Notes: generated by a model from the letters alone, not told the origin. DNA of 64,000 nt from a bacterium (GCA_965209155.1 OZ242383.1:2240001-2304000), one strand, 5' to 3'. Positions 53,459 through 62,765 are shown, counted from the stretch's first letter. Translations and numbers: made by a program.

Positions 53459-54418
53459 ATGCGGGCTTATCTCATCAGGCGGTTACTGCTGATCATCCCC
53501 ACCCTGCTCATCTTGAGCATCCTGGTCTTTCTCTCGGTGCGCTTCATCCCCGGCGATATAATAGACGTCATCGCGGGTAGGGTGGAAATGCAATCAGGAG
53601 GGGAGATTGACCGTGAAGCCGTTAAGCGTCGGCTGGGACTGGATGTGCCGGTCTGGGTACAGTATGGACGCTGGATAGGAGGTATTTTCCTGCACGGCAC
53701 TCTTGGCGAATCACTGATGTACGGTTATCCAGTAGAGGAAAAGATGGTAGGCAGATTGCCGTTGACCATTGAGCTTGGCCTGATGGCAATAGTAATCGGG
53801 CTCTTGATCGCCCTGCCCGTCGGCATCTACTCGGCGATTCGCCAGGATACGGCCGCCGACTACCTGGGGCGCTCTCTCGCCATCATCGGCCTGGCAATGC
53901 CTAACTTCTGGCTCGGCCTCATGGTCATGCTCTTCCCGGCAATCTGGTGGGGCTGGTCCCCAACGGTGCTGTGGGTTCCTTTCACGGAAGACCCACTGGG
54001 GAACCTGGAAGTGCTCTTCATTCCCAGTCTGATTCTGGGGACGGCCTCCTCGGCTGCCACCATGCGGATGACGCGCACCATGATGCTCGAGGTGCTCCGG
54101 CAAGACTATATCCGCACCGCCTGGTCCAAGGGCCTCAAGGAGAGGGTAGTTATTATGAGACACACCATCAAGAATGCCCTCATTCCGGTGGTGACCCTGA
54201 TTGGCCTGCAGTTGCCGATCCTGGTCGGGGGTGCCGTGATCATGGAAAACATCTTTAACCTACCGGGGCTTGGTCGTCTCATGGTGCTTGCCCTCGAAGA
54301 GAGAGACTACCCGGTGGTCTCCGGAATCAACCTGTTTTTTGCCACCTCGGTGGTGCTGTTCAATCTCCTCATCGACCTGCTCTATTCTTATTTGGACCCG
54401 AGGGTTAGGTATGAATAA
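53459..54418 (+). CDS. ABC transporter permease (DppB-like), copy 2
   Basis: Close paralog of 35528-36487. PNFWLG, QDYIRTAWSKGL. Confidence 0.93.
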   Translation: MRAYLIRRLLLIIPTLLILSILVFLSVRFIPGDIIDVIAGRVEMQSGGEIDREAVKRRLGLDVPVWVQYGRWIGGIFLHGTLGESLMYGYPVEEKMVGRLPLTIELGLMAIVIGLLIALPVGIYSAIRQDTAADYLGRSLAIIGLAMPNFWLGLMVMLFPAIWWGWSPTVLWVPFTEDPLGNLEVLFIPSLILGTASSAATMRMTRTMMLEVLRQDYIRTAWSKGLKERVVIMRHTIKNALIPVVTLIGLQLPILVGGAVIMENIFNLPGLGRLMVLALEERDYPVVSGINLFFATSVVLFNLLIDLLYSYLDPRVRYE

Positions 54419-55355
54419 TGAGTCCAAGCGACGCACCGCGCTGGCTGATTTCTTCATCAGGCTTCTCAAGGAGAAGCCGCTGGGTATTGCCTGCGGGATG
54501 ATCGTCTTGCTCTTGATGCTGGTGGCGATCTTCGCCGATGTTCTGGCTCCCTATGTCTATACGGAAATGCACCTGGAAGACAGGCTGCAGGGCGCATCAG
54601 CCCAGTATCTCCTGGGGACCGACCAGTTGGGGCGAGACCTCCTGAGCCGCCTGATCGTCGGGACTCGCATTTCCTTAGGGGTCGGTCTGGCCGCGACCAC
54701 GCTGAATGTTGTGGTCGCCGTCCTGATAGGCGGCATCTCAGGATTCCTTGGGGGAAAAGTGGACCTGGTGGTGCAGCGCTTTATCGACGCCTGGATGGCT
54801 TTCCCGGGGTTGCTGCTACTGCTGACTATCATGTCCATTGTGGGACGGGGTCTCCCCCAGATCATTGTGGTCTTGGGGGTCACCGGAGGCATCGCCGCTT
54901 CAAGAGTCGTCAGAGGTGCCGTGATCGGCATCAAAGAGAATGATTACTTTCTGGCAGCCCAGGCGGTGGGCAACCCCACGAGCCAAATCCTGATCCGCCA
55001 TGTCCTGCCCAATATTATGGCGCCGATCATCATCATCTTCTCAATCAACATCGGAGGGGTCATCATTGCCGAGGCGTCGCTGAGCTTTCTCGGATATGGT
55101 CTGCCTCCCGATTTTCCCAGCTGGGGAGGCATGCTCAGCTGGGATGGACGTCGCTACATGGAGCAGGCGATCTGGCTGGCGCTCTGGCCTGGGTTTGCCC
55201 TGACGATTACCGTTTACAGTCTAAACATGCTCGGCGACGCCATGCGGGACCTGCTCGATCCCCGGTTGCGGGGCGGGCAGGGCAGTTACGACGCCACGAA
55301 GGTGAAACGCAAACGAGGATTCCTGGCCCGACTGATCAACCCGTTCCATCAGTAG
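54411..55355 (+). CDS. ABC transporter permease (DppC-like), copy 2
   Basis: LLGTDQLGRDLLSR, RHVLPN, EASLSFLG, PSWGGML, GDAMRDLLDPR. Confidence 0.93.
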   Translation: MNNESKRRTALADFFIRLLKEKPLGIACGMIVLLLMLVAIFADVLAPYVYTEMHLEDRLQGASAQYLLGTDQLGRDLLSRLIVGTRISLGVGLAATTLNVVVAVLIGGISGFLGGKVDLVVQRFIDAWMAFPGLLLLLTIMSIVGRGLPQIIVVLGVTGGIAASRVVRGAVIGIKENDYFLAAQAVGNPTSQILIRHVLPNIMAPIIIIFSINIGGVIIAEASLSFLGYGLPPDFPSWGGMLSWDGRRYMEQAIWLALWPGFALTITVYSLNMLGDAMRDLLDPRLRGGQGSYDATKVKRKRGFLARLINPFHQ

Positions 55356-55390
55356 GAATCTCCCTCTCATCAAGACGGGTCGCAAAACCC

Positions 55391-55975
55391 ATGGGTGTTC
55401 GCTGGGGTGTGGGTGGTGCGATAGCCCAAAAATTCGCCCAAGAAGGGTTCTTTGTGGTCCTGACAACTCGTCGCACCCCAAACGCTACTCTGCTGGACAA
55501 GGCGATCCAAGTACAGGGCGGGGAAAGCATGATCGTCGAACTGGATTTGACCTCGAGTGAATCGATCGCCTTTTTAGACATTTTCAAAGGCTGCGCTGAT
55601 TTTGGCAACGCGGGCGCATTCGTTATCGGCGATGAAATCCCCGGTTGGCGTGATCTCGATCTCGCGAACCTCCCTCTTGCTATATACCTTGATGGTAAAT
55701 TTGCATCCCGCGGGGGGTTGAGCGCACCTTCGGAACCGTTTCCGCGTGATCGACGATTGGATTTTTCAGAAATGGTGGCCGGTTTGCACTGGGTAGCCAA
55801 TACCTTATCTCAGCGTGGATTTGGCATGCGAAAAGGCCAGACCATTACAACGGGTTCTGCAGCGCAGATTCTTGCAGAGCCCGGAGCGGAGGCAATTATG
55901 CGATACGGAGAAGGTGGAGAGTTTGGCGAAATCCAAATTCTAATTCATAATGACGCTTCCGGCGAGCGAAGTTGA
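55391..55975 (+). pseudogene. Chimeric remnant: SDR N-terminus joined to a 2-keto-4-pentenoate hydratase/FAH-family C-terminus
   Basis: GVRWGVGGAIAQKFAQEG..VELDLT (Rossmann fold) followed abruptly by ADFGNAGAFVIG...LHWVANTL..GQTITTGS (FAH family). Confidence 0.65.
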
Positions 55976-56022
55976 GGGTATCCTCAATTCGGGCCGGACG
56001 CAGAGAATAGGAGGAAAGAAAA

Positions 56023-56943
56023 ATGAGCCTACCCACTTGGACCCGCGACGCCGGGACAATGAAACGAGATATCGACGAGCACGGATATTGTCTCTTCAAA
56101 GACGCACTGACACCAGCACAGCTTGCCGAAACGCGTGAGCGCCTCAGCGAGCAGGCCGAGGCCGAGCGCAAGGCGGGCGTCGTCCTCTTCGGTGACGGCC
56201 GGATCGGTCCGGAACGCGGACCTGGTAACAACCAGAATGTGAGCTTTCTCGGGAACAAGGGCCAGATCTTTCGCGAAATAGCCTCACGGCCGGACATTCT
56301 GGACATTGTGCGCCACGTGCTCGGCGAGGAAATCCGGATCCGTAACCTCTTGGCGAACATCGTGCGTATTGGAGGCCAGGAGCAGGGGCTGCACACGGAT
56401 CAATGGTTTTTGCCATCGGCCAGCCGCTACGACGAGCCGCCGATGCGGTCTGGGTCGATCACGCGCGCGAATCCTGGGCAACCCGAGATACCGGGGCCGA
56501 TGCTGATGCCGTGCGTCGTGATCAACGCCTTTTGGATGCTGGACGACTTCACCATCGAAAACGGTGCGACCTGCATCGTGCCTGGTAGTCACAAGCTCGG
56601 ACGCCGGCCGAACAAGGACGATCGCGCGGACCAGGTCCAGGTGACAGGCCCGGCTGGAAGCGCCTTCATTTTCGACGGCCGACTCTTTCATGGCGCCGGA
56701 CCCCACCTCTCGCAGGATCCGACTGTCGAGCGCAAGGGCCTCACCTTCGCTTACCAACCACCCATGTTCAAGCCCCACGAGAATTATCCGCTGGTGTTGC
56801 TTCCGGAGGTGTATGAAAAAGCCTCCCAAGAGCTTCTCGATCTCATGGGTTTCAAGGTCTGGTTCAGCCGTGAACACCTGGTCGACCACAACTCGGAGCG
56901 TATCACGCGCGACATACCGATCATCGGGGAACTGAAGCCATGA
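56023..56943 (+). CDS. Phytanoyl-CoA dioxygenase (PhyH) family Fe(II)/2-oxoglutarate dioxygenase
   Basis: HGYCLFKDALT, QGLHTDQ (HxD), WMLDDFTIENGAT..PGSH, DGRLFHGAG. Confidence 0.92.
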   Translation: MSLPTWTRDAGTMKRDIDEHGYCLFKDALTPAQLAETRERLSEQAEAERKAGVVLFGDGRIGPERGPGNNQNVSFLGNKGQIFREIASRPDILDIVRHVLGEEIRIRNLLANIVRIGGQEQGLHTDQWFLPSASRYDEPPMRSGSITRANPGQPEIPGPMLMPCVVINAFWMLDDFTIENGATCIVPGSHKLGRRPNKDDRADQVQVTGPAGSAFIFDGRLFHGAGPHLSQDPTVERKGLTFAYQPPMFKPHENYPLVLLPEVYEKASQELLDLMGFKVWFSREHLVDHNSERITRDIPIIGELKP

Positions 56944-56971
56944 GCGGGGCTTCATAATCAGGAGTCAGCCA

Positions 56972-57889
56972 ATGAAAGTAGGATTCATAGGACTCGGCGC
57001 CATGGGCAAGCCGATCGCCATCAATATCGCAAAAGCAGGCTTCGAACTCACCGTTAAATCCCGGCGTGAGCAATCGCTTCAGGAACTCCGCCAGCATGGC
57101 GCCCGGGTTGCACGCAGCCACCGAGAGGTCGCCGAATCCGCGGACATCGTGTTAGCTTGTCTGTCGTCTATTGAATCCAGTGAGCAAGTGGCATTGGGTT
57201 CCGGTGGCGTCTTGGCCGGTGCAAAGAATGGCGACATTTACATCGAGCTGAGCACCATTAGTCCGGAGGTGGTTCATACCATTGCCGGGCGGGCGGCGGA
57301 AAAAGGCGTAACCGTGCTGGACGCCCCGGTGAGCCGCCACAGCGCAGACAGCCGAGAGCAGGGGACACTAACGGTCATGGTTGGCGGAGACGCAAAGGCC
57401 CTGGCCCGGGCAATGCCGGTGTTCAAAGCGTTCGGAGATAAAATCTTTCACGTCGGTGATAGCGGTGCGGGCGTGACGGTCAAGCTGGTCAATAACCTGC
57501 TTGTCGGAATCAATATGGTCGCCACCATGGAAGCCCTGGTGCTGGGCGTCAAGGGCGGCCTGAGCGTGCAGACATTGAAAGAGGTGATCAGCGCGAGCAG
57601 CGGCAGCAGTAAGATATTTGAAGGGATGGTCGATCTCATCGCCACACGCAGTCCCGAACCGCCGCCCGGACAGACTGCCGACCAGGGGCTGCATATCATC
57701 GGCAAAGATGTCAAGCTGGCCGCTGAGTTGGCCCAGAACCTGTCTATGCCCTTATCGCTGGGCTCGTCGGCTCTACAGCCGTTTCTCGCCGGCTTGGCCC
57801 ATGGATGGGCAGACAAAGAAAACTGGGTCATTATGGAAATCTTCGAGCGAATGAGCGGAGTCAGCGTGCGTCCGCCGGAACTATTGTAA
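56972..57889 (+). CDS. NAD(P)-dependent beta-hydroxyacid dehydrogenase (3-hydroxyisobutyrate DH family)
   Basis: VGFIGLGAMG, LSTISP, LDAPVS, MVGGD, KLVNN, KDVKLA. Confidence 0.92.
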   Translation: MKVGFIGLGAMGKPIAINIAKAGFELTVKSRREQSLQELRQHGARVARSHREVAESADIVLACLSSIESSEQVALGSGGVLAGAKNGDIYIELSTISPEVVHTIAGRAAEKGVTVLDAPVSRHSADSREQGTLTVMVGGDAKALARAMPVFKAFGDKIFHVGDSGAGVTVKLVNNLLVGINMVATMEALVLGVKGGLSVQTLKEVISASSGSSKIFEGMVDLIATRSPEPPPGQTADQGLHIIGKDVKLAAELAQNLSMPLSLGSSALQPFLAGLAHGWADKENWVIMEIFERMSGVSVRPPELL

Positions 57890-58043
57890 CAAATGAGGCA
57901 AGACAATGAGCAGACAGAAGATCCGTTTTTCCTATTGCACCCCTGGCCCGAATCCGAGAGAAGCTGCGGACAAGGGGTCAAATCTTTTTTCGCTTTATTC
58001 AAGGTTTAAATGTGGGGTTAACCAATGAAGATGACGACATGCG

Positions 58044-58366
58044 ATGCAACAAGATAAGATTGTAAAAGTATCCGATGCGCTAGCCACCGCATGGCGAGAC
58101 GGCGGCAGCGTGAATATTTCAGAAGACCTTTGGCCGACGGATCTCGAAGAATCCCTCGCGATACAGGATGCCTTCATCTCAGTGTGGATTTGGCATGCGA
58201 AAAGGCCAGACCATTACAACGGGTTCTGCAGCGCAGATTCTTGCAGAGCCCGGAGCGGAGGCAACTATGCGATACGGAGAAGATGGAGAGTGTGGCGAAA
58301 TCCAAATAACGATCGCATAACCGATCATCGGGGAACTGAAGCCATGAGCGGAGTCAGAGTGCGTCC
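58044..58366 (+). pseudogene. Collapsed duplicate of the hydratase-PhyH-dehydrogenase gene run
   Basis: Hydratase-like N-terminus, then near-copies of 55803-55938, 56917-56947 and 57851-57873 in order. Confidence 0.8.
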
Positions 58367-58395
58367 ATAGCGATCATTTTATCAGGGAGCATCCT

Positions 58396-59376
58396 ATGAA
58401 AGTTTTATACATCGGCGGCACCGGCCAGATATCTTTTGACTGTATTCACCAGACCGTGAAAGCCGGTCATGAAGTGACCGTTTTTAACCGTGGCAAACAC
58501 AATGCCGGCCTTCCGGAATCGGTTGATTTTATCACCGGTGATTTTAATGATGACCGACAATATGCCCGGATCCTGGAACATGCCTTCGATGTGATCTGCC
58601 AGTTCCGCGTGTTTACGCCTGGAGAGATGAAAAGAGATCTGGAAATGCTCCAGGGGAAAAAATTACAATATATCTTTATTTCCACGGCCTCTGCTTATCA
58701 CAGACCGGTCCAGCATTTTCCCATTACCGAAAAGACCCCCCTCCACAATCCTTTTTCACCGTACAGCAGTCAGAAAATTGATTGTGAAAAATTACTTCAA
58801 AGTCAACGTAGCCTGGGCTATACCATTGTCCGTCCCAGTCACACCAGTCGGACCATGTTTACCACGGCCATGGTGGAAGGTGACTTTGCCGCAAGCCGCA
58901 TACTCCGGGACAAACCGGTCATTGTACCAGGGGACGGCACCAGCCTGTGGACCATCACTGCCGCAGAGGAGTTCGCCGTGCCGTTTACCCGGCTCATCGG
59001 CAACCGGCAGGCCCTGGGAGATTGCTTCCATTTGACCAGTGACAACTATTACAGTTGGAATGAGATCTATACTGCCCTCGGCAGGGCCCTGGGAAAAGAA
59101 ACCCGCCTGGTCCATGTCCCGTCGGATACGCTCATCAAATACTGTCCTGACTGGCAGTGGGCGCTCCATGGAGACAAGACCCATACAGCCATATTTGATA
59201 ACTCAAAAATAAAAAAAGTGGTCGGTGATTTTACCTGTAACATCACACTGGATGAGTTTATGCTGCGCAGGGCCACCCTTTATCGGGACTCGGGCCGTGT
59301 TGATCAAGCAATCGACACCAAGCAGGAGGCTTTGTTTGACCGGATCATCAAAGAGCAGAATGCTTTGGGAGGCTAA
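58396..59376 (+). CDS. NAD-dependent epimerase/dehydratase (extended SDR)
   Basis: VLYIGGTGQIS, FNRG, YIFISTASAY, YSSQK (YxxxK), IVRPSHT. Confidence 0.9.
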   Translation: MKVLYIGGTGQISFDCIHQTVKAGHEVTVFNRGKHNAGLPESVDFITGDFNDDRQYARILEHAFDVICQFRVFTPGEMKRDLEMLQGKKLQYIFISTASAYHRPVQHFPITEKTPLHNPFSPYSSQKIDCEKLLQSQRSLGYTIVRPSHTSRTMFTTAMVEGDFAASRILRDKPVIVPGDGTSLWTITAAEEFAVPFTRLIGNRQALGDCFHLTSDNYYSWNEIYTALGRALGKETRLVHVPSDTLIKYCPDWQWALHGDKTHTAIFDNSKIKKVVGDFTCNITLDEFMLRRATLYRDSGRVDQAIDTKQEALFDRIIKEQNALGG

Positions 59377-59489
59377 AAAGGTGTTCCCACGAGGCGATTT
59401 AATTAATCTCATTAAACCACCAGCTCTGCTGGTGCGAACCTAATAGGCTTTGCCGGTCAGACATGAGAAACGTATCCGTGTCCGTTAGC

Positions 59490-59890
59490 CGTGCTCGTGC
59501 TCGTGAACGGTCAGTGAATTCGACGGCACATTTTGGTTAACATAGAAACAATGCGATGAAGTAACTGTTTCCCTTCGTCAAATAAAGGAGGCTGGATGAT
59601 CTTCAACACGTTTAAAACATCGAGAATAGCAGCGCATTCCATTGCGGAACCTCGGGCAAATGCATAGAATCGTTGCTTGTCAGGAAAGGAATTTTTTCCA
59701 CAGCCTTCTGCGATATTGAGAGGAATCGACCATGAGGCCCTTTTCAGTTGGTCAACTAAGGCTGAGTATCCTTTTGGCAATGTTTCGATGACTTGGACAG
59801 ATAACGCTAAAAATTTGATGGAACATTGGTATACATCGAGTTTTTCATGATCTAACATGGCAGCCTTTTTCGTTCACGAGCACGAGCACG
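59490..59890. repeat. Perfect 20-bp inverted repeats flanking the four-helix-bundle gene
   Basis: CGTGCTCGTGCTCGTGAACG (59490-59509) and CGTTCACGAGCACGAGCACG (59871-59890). Confidence 0.85.
59511..59858 (-). CDS. Four-helix-bundle protein (23S rRNA intervening-sequence protein family)
   Basis: HEKLDVYQ, DQLKRASWSIPLNIAEG, ARGSAMEC, IVSMLTK. Confidence 0.92.
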   Translation of the reverse strand: MLDHEKLDVYQCSIKFLALSVQVIETLPKGYSALVDQLKRASWSIPLNIAEGCGKNSFPDKQRFYAFARGSAMECAAILDVLNVLKIIQPPLFDEGKQLLHRIVSMLTKMCRRIH

Positions 59891-59982
59891 TCTTACGATG
59901 ACGAACACGTATTGCCCTCATACTGGGGGCCTCTTCAAGCCACCGGCTCTGCCGGTGGTGATGACTTAGAGGAAAGCAAGAC

Positions 59983-60309
59983 ATGAAAGTTTTGTTAACG
60001 GGAGGAGCTGGATTTTTAGGTGCTCGGTTGGCACGCGCCTTGTTAGACAGAGGTGTTTTGACAGGAGTGACCGGCGAAGAAGAGGCCATCGATGAGTTAG
60101 TGCTCTTTGACTCGGTTGAGGGACCCGGGCTTTCTGAGGAAAAAGCAGGAGGCATCGTCGTCCGTCGTGTGGTTGGGGATATCTCGGACCAGGAAACCGT
60201 TCAGGGTTTGCTCGACCGGGATAACCTGTCGGTCTTTCACCTGGCAGCAGTCCCCAGTACCCTGGCGGCAGAAATGGATTTTGATCTCGCCATGCGGGTG
60301 AACCTCTGA
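59983..60309 (+). pseudogene. Truncated D-erythronate dehydrogenase-like SDR
   Basis: VLLTGGAGFLGARLA, GDISD, VFHLAAV, AEMDFDLAMRVNL, then an abrupt junction to IS91 DNA at 60307. Confidence 0.75.
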
Positions 60310-60996
60310 GAGAGTGGAGTTTAATCCAGAAGAGAACACGGTAACGGTTTATGAGAAACAAAAGAAAACTTCCTCCACCAAAACGGCCCATTACGATATA
60401 TTGGAGTTTATCGCTCTTTTGGCCGGACATATTCCGTCGCCATATGAAACGATTACATTTTATTATGGCATATACAGCAGTTCCTATCGCGGTAAGGAGA
60501 AAAAAGAAAAAGGGAGGGACGACGAAGAACCAATGGAGAAAACAATTAAAGGAAAGGCTAAAGCCAGTGCGAACTGGGCGCGCTTGATTCACAAAATTTT
60601 CGAAGTCGACCCTCTATTATGCCCAAATTGCGGGAAGGAAATGAAGATCATTGCCTTCATTACCAATTACCAGGAAATCAAAAAAATATTAAAGCATCTT
60701 GGTGAGGATACACAAAGAGCACCACCCCTACCATCTATAAGCCCATCCAATGATCCCAATGACTATTACGAGGATTACATGCCTCCTGACGAGATCTATT
60801 TTGCTATTGAACAATGGGTATCTTGAGAATTCTAAAACCCAGGGATTGCTTTGTCTAAAATCCGTCCTTTCAAACCAGGACAGAGAAAAAGCACTGAAAC
60901 ATTGAACAGAACACACAACCACCCACGAAACCTACCAAAAAATCAAAAAAAGACCCCCTAAAATTTGCCTTTACACACCTATTCCCAGGTGCTATC
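60307..60996 (+). mobile_element. IS91-family (Y2) transposase 3' fragment with probable end of element
   Basis: LEFIALLAGHIP, YYGIYSS, WARLIHKIFEVDPLLCPNCGKEMKIIAFI. 5' part missing; right boundary approximate. Confidence 0.8.
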
Positions 60997-61259
60997 GTTT
61001 TATGTAATTTTTGATTTTTGTGGACACCGTCATACGCGCGAAGGCGGGTATCCACAGGGGTGGGGGGTGTTCGTCCCATCAACTCTGAACAGTTACTTTC
61101 GCTTCGCATCGCAAACACCGTTAACTCTTCTCCGACGGTTCGTCGCCGGGGCTCGTCAAGTTGGCATGATCGTTGGTATCTGTTCAGAGTCGGTGAGATT
61201 TGCACGAATTGTTCTCTCACTGTCATTCTACTATGAAATCATATGTCAAGATAGTTATG

Positions 61260-61410
61260 AAAAAAATTCTAACCAGTCTACTATTCGTGGTCCCAAAGGC
61301 CGACAAGTTACTTTTTCGAAGTCATTTTCATGAAAGGAGTTGGCATACTGAGCGACGATGATCGGAGTCAACAAGAATGACACCGCCATACTCCAGGAAC
61401 TTCGATAATG
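61260..61410 (-). ncRNA. Predicted bridge/seek RNA of the IS110 element
   Basis: On the minus strand, in order: TGTCATTCT (61382-61374, left target), CTCAG (61352-61348, complement of right target), AGTAACT (61312-61306, left donor), ATAGTAG (61284-61278, complement of right donor). RNA ends are approximate. Confidence 0.8.
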
Positions 61411-61480
61411 AGGTGTTGAACTTTTTCAAATTTCTTGGTTGTTGCTTTCTAGTAGATGAATCTCAAGGCTCTGTTTTTGT

Positions 61481-62545
61481 TTAAACCACTTGGAGCACAG
61501 GAGGTTGATAAGGTGTTTGATCGAGGATTAACCTCCTAGCCAAAATCACCAGTTTACGAGCGATGGCCACAATGGCCCGTTTGCCTCCGATGCGGCAAGC
61601 CAAGCGTTGATATTTGGTTTTAAAATAAGGATCTTTACGCACCAGAGTCCAAGCCGCTTCCACCAACATTCCACGCAGATCGGCTTTGCCGGAACGAGTA
61701 ATATGGCCCATGCGAATCTGATCAGAACTGGAAAACTGAGAAGGGGTTAAGCCCACATAAGCGGCGATTTGATCACTTTGAGCAAAACGCGTGAGATCTT
61801 CCAATTCTAATAAAAAGGTCATCGCTGTGAGCAAACCCACTCCGGGGATGGATCTTAAAAACTGAACGTTGAGTTGGTGTTGAGGGCTCTTGGCCAGTTG
61901 TCGAATGGCTTGAGTCAGACGAAGAATTTGCTCTTGGAGAAAATGGAATTCTTCCAGAAGCATTTGCATACTCAAACCAAAGCGAGAGTCGCTTTGAGCC
62001 AAGTTTGTTAATTCCAATAAAAAACTTTGAGTCCAAGAACCTTGGTCGCTGGAGAGCTTTTGTCCATGAAAACTTAACTCGGCTTTGATGCGATTTTGAA
62101 CACGAACTCGATTGCCCATGAGTTGACGACGATGGCGAATGAGTTTGCGTTGCTGCAAATTAGCTTCACTCGGAACATAAACACTTTTGAGCAAATCTCT
62201 GGAAAGATAAAAGGCTAATTTCTTGCTGTCTTTGCGATCGGTTTTTACTCGATTACCTGACTCTTGAGGAATCAAACTGGGAGGGGTGACCAAACAATCC
62301 ACCCCCCAATGGCTCAGATGACGAGAGAGCCAGTAGCCACAATAACCGGCTTCATAGACCACTTTCATCTCCAATGATTTGAAAGGATTCAAAAGTTTTT
62401 TTAAGGCCGACCAACTCGCTGGAATGGATTGACTGCTCAACTCGCAATCAAAGCTCCGAATGGTGACATGAAAGGTTTTTTTATGCACGTCGATTCCTAT
62501 ATAAATGGTTTGGCCTAATAATGATTCAATGTTAATCTTTTTCAT
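61481..62545 (-). CDS. IS110-family DEDD recombinase/transposase
   Basis: GIDVHKK, VYEAG, KTDRKDS, SIPGVG, YVGLTPSQFSS, RAIVAIARKL. Intact 354 aa. Confidence 0.95.
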   Translation of the reverse strand: MKKINIESLLGQTIYIGIDVHKKTFHVTIRSFDCELSSQSIPASWSALKKLLNPFKSLEMKVVYEAGYCGYWLSRHLSHWGVDCLVTPPSLIPQESGNRVKTDRKDSKKLAFYLSRDLLKSVYVPSEANLQQRKLIRHRRQLMGNRVRVQNRIKAELSFHGQKLSSDQGSWTQSFLLELTNLAQSDSRFGLSMQMLLEEFHFLQEQILRLTQAIRQLAKSPQHQLNVQFLRSIPGVGLLTAMTFLLELEDLTRFAQSDQIAAYVGLTPSQFSSSDQIRMGHITRSGKADLRGMLVEAAWTLVRKDPYFKTKYQRLACRIGGKRAIVAIARKLVILARRLILDQTPYQPPVLQVV

Positions 62546-62630
62546 AGCAGTCTCCTAAAAGATGGTTGTTAGTTTTTGCTGAAACTATTTAATATCACAA
62601 CCATCGGAGACTGTCTGATTTACATAGTAA

Positions 62631-62700
62631 CTGAGGAGCGCAGCGACGAAGAATCTACAATCTCTCCCCCACTGGGGGAGAGATACAGAGAGGAGGTCTT
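62631..62700. repeat. Right half of the REP-like target hairpin plus a CCCCC/GGGGG palindrome
   Basis: CTGAGGAGCGCAGCGACGAAGAATCT followed by TCTCTCCCCCACTGGGGGAGAGA. Confidence 0.6.
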
Positions 62701-62765
62701 CGCGATTCGACTCACGAAGACTGAACAGTAGCGATCGTTAAGCCGAAATTGAATCGAGCGCAAAA

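Larger units (their letters stand above)
61230..62630 (-). mobile_element. IS110-family element (subterminal IRs, long 3' non-coding end) inserted at a CT core
   Basis: CT on both sides (61228-61229, 62631-62632). End IRs ACTATGAAATCA and ACTATGTAAATCA. The empty site restores the hairpin TGTCATTCTGAGGAGCGCAGCGACGAAGAATCT. Confidence 0.9.

Noticed and set aside
59511..59858. Diversity-generating retroelement (Avd-like gene)
   Set aside because: No reverse transcriptase and no template/variable repeat pair with adenine-specific mismatches; nearby duplications are deletion scars.
60998..61229. Extending the IS110 element left to the TATGTAA at ~61000
   Set aside because: The CT core, restored target hairpin, guide matches and junction promoter all place the end at 61230.
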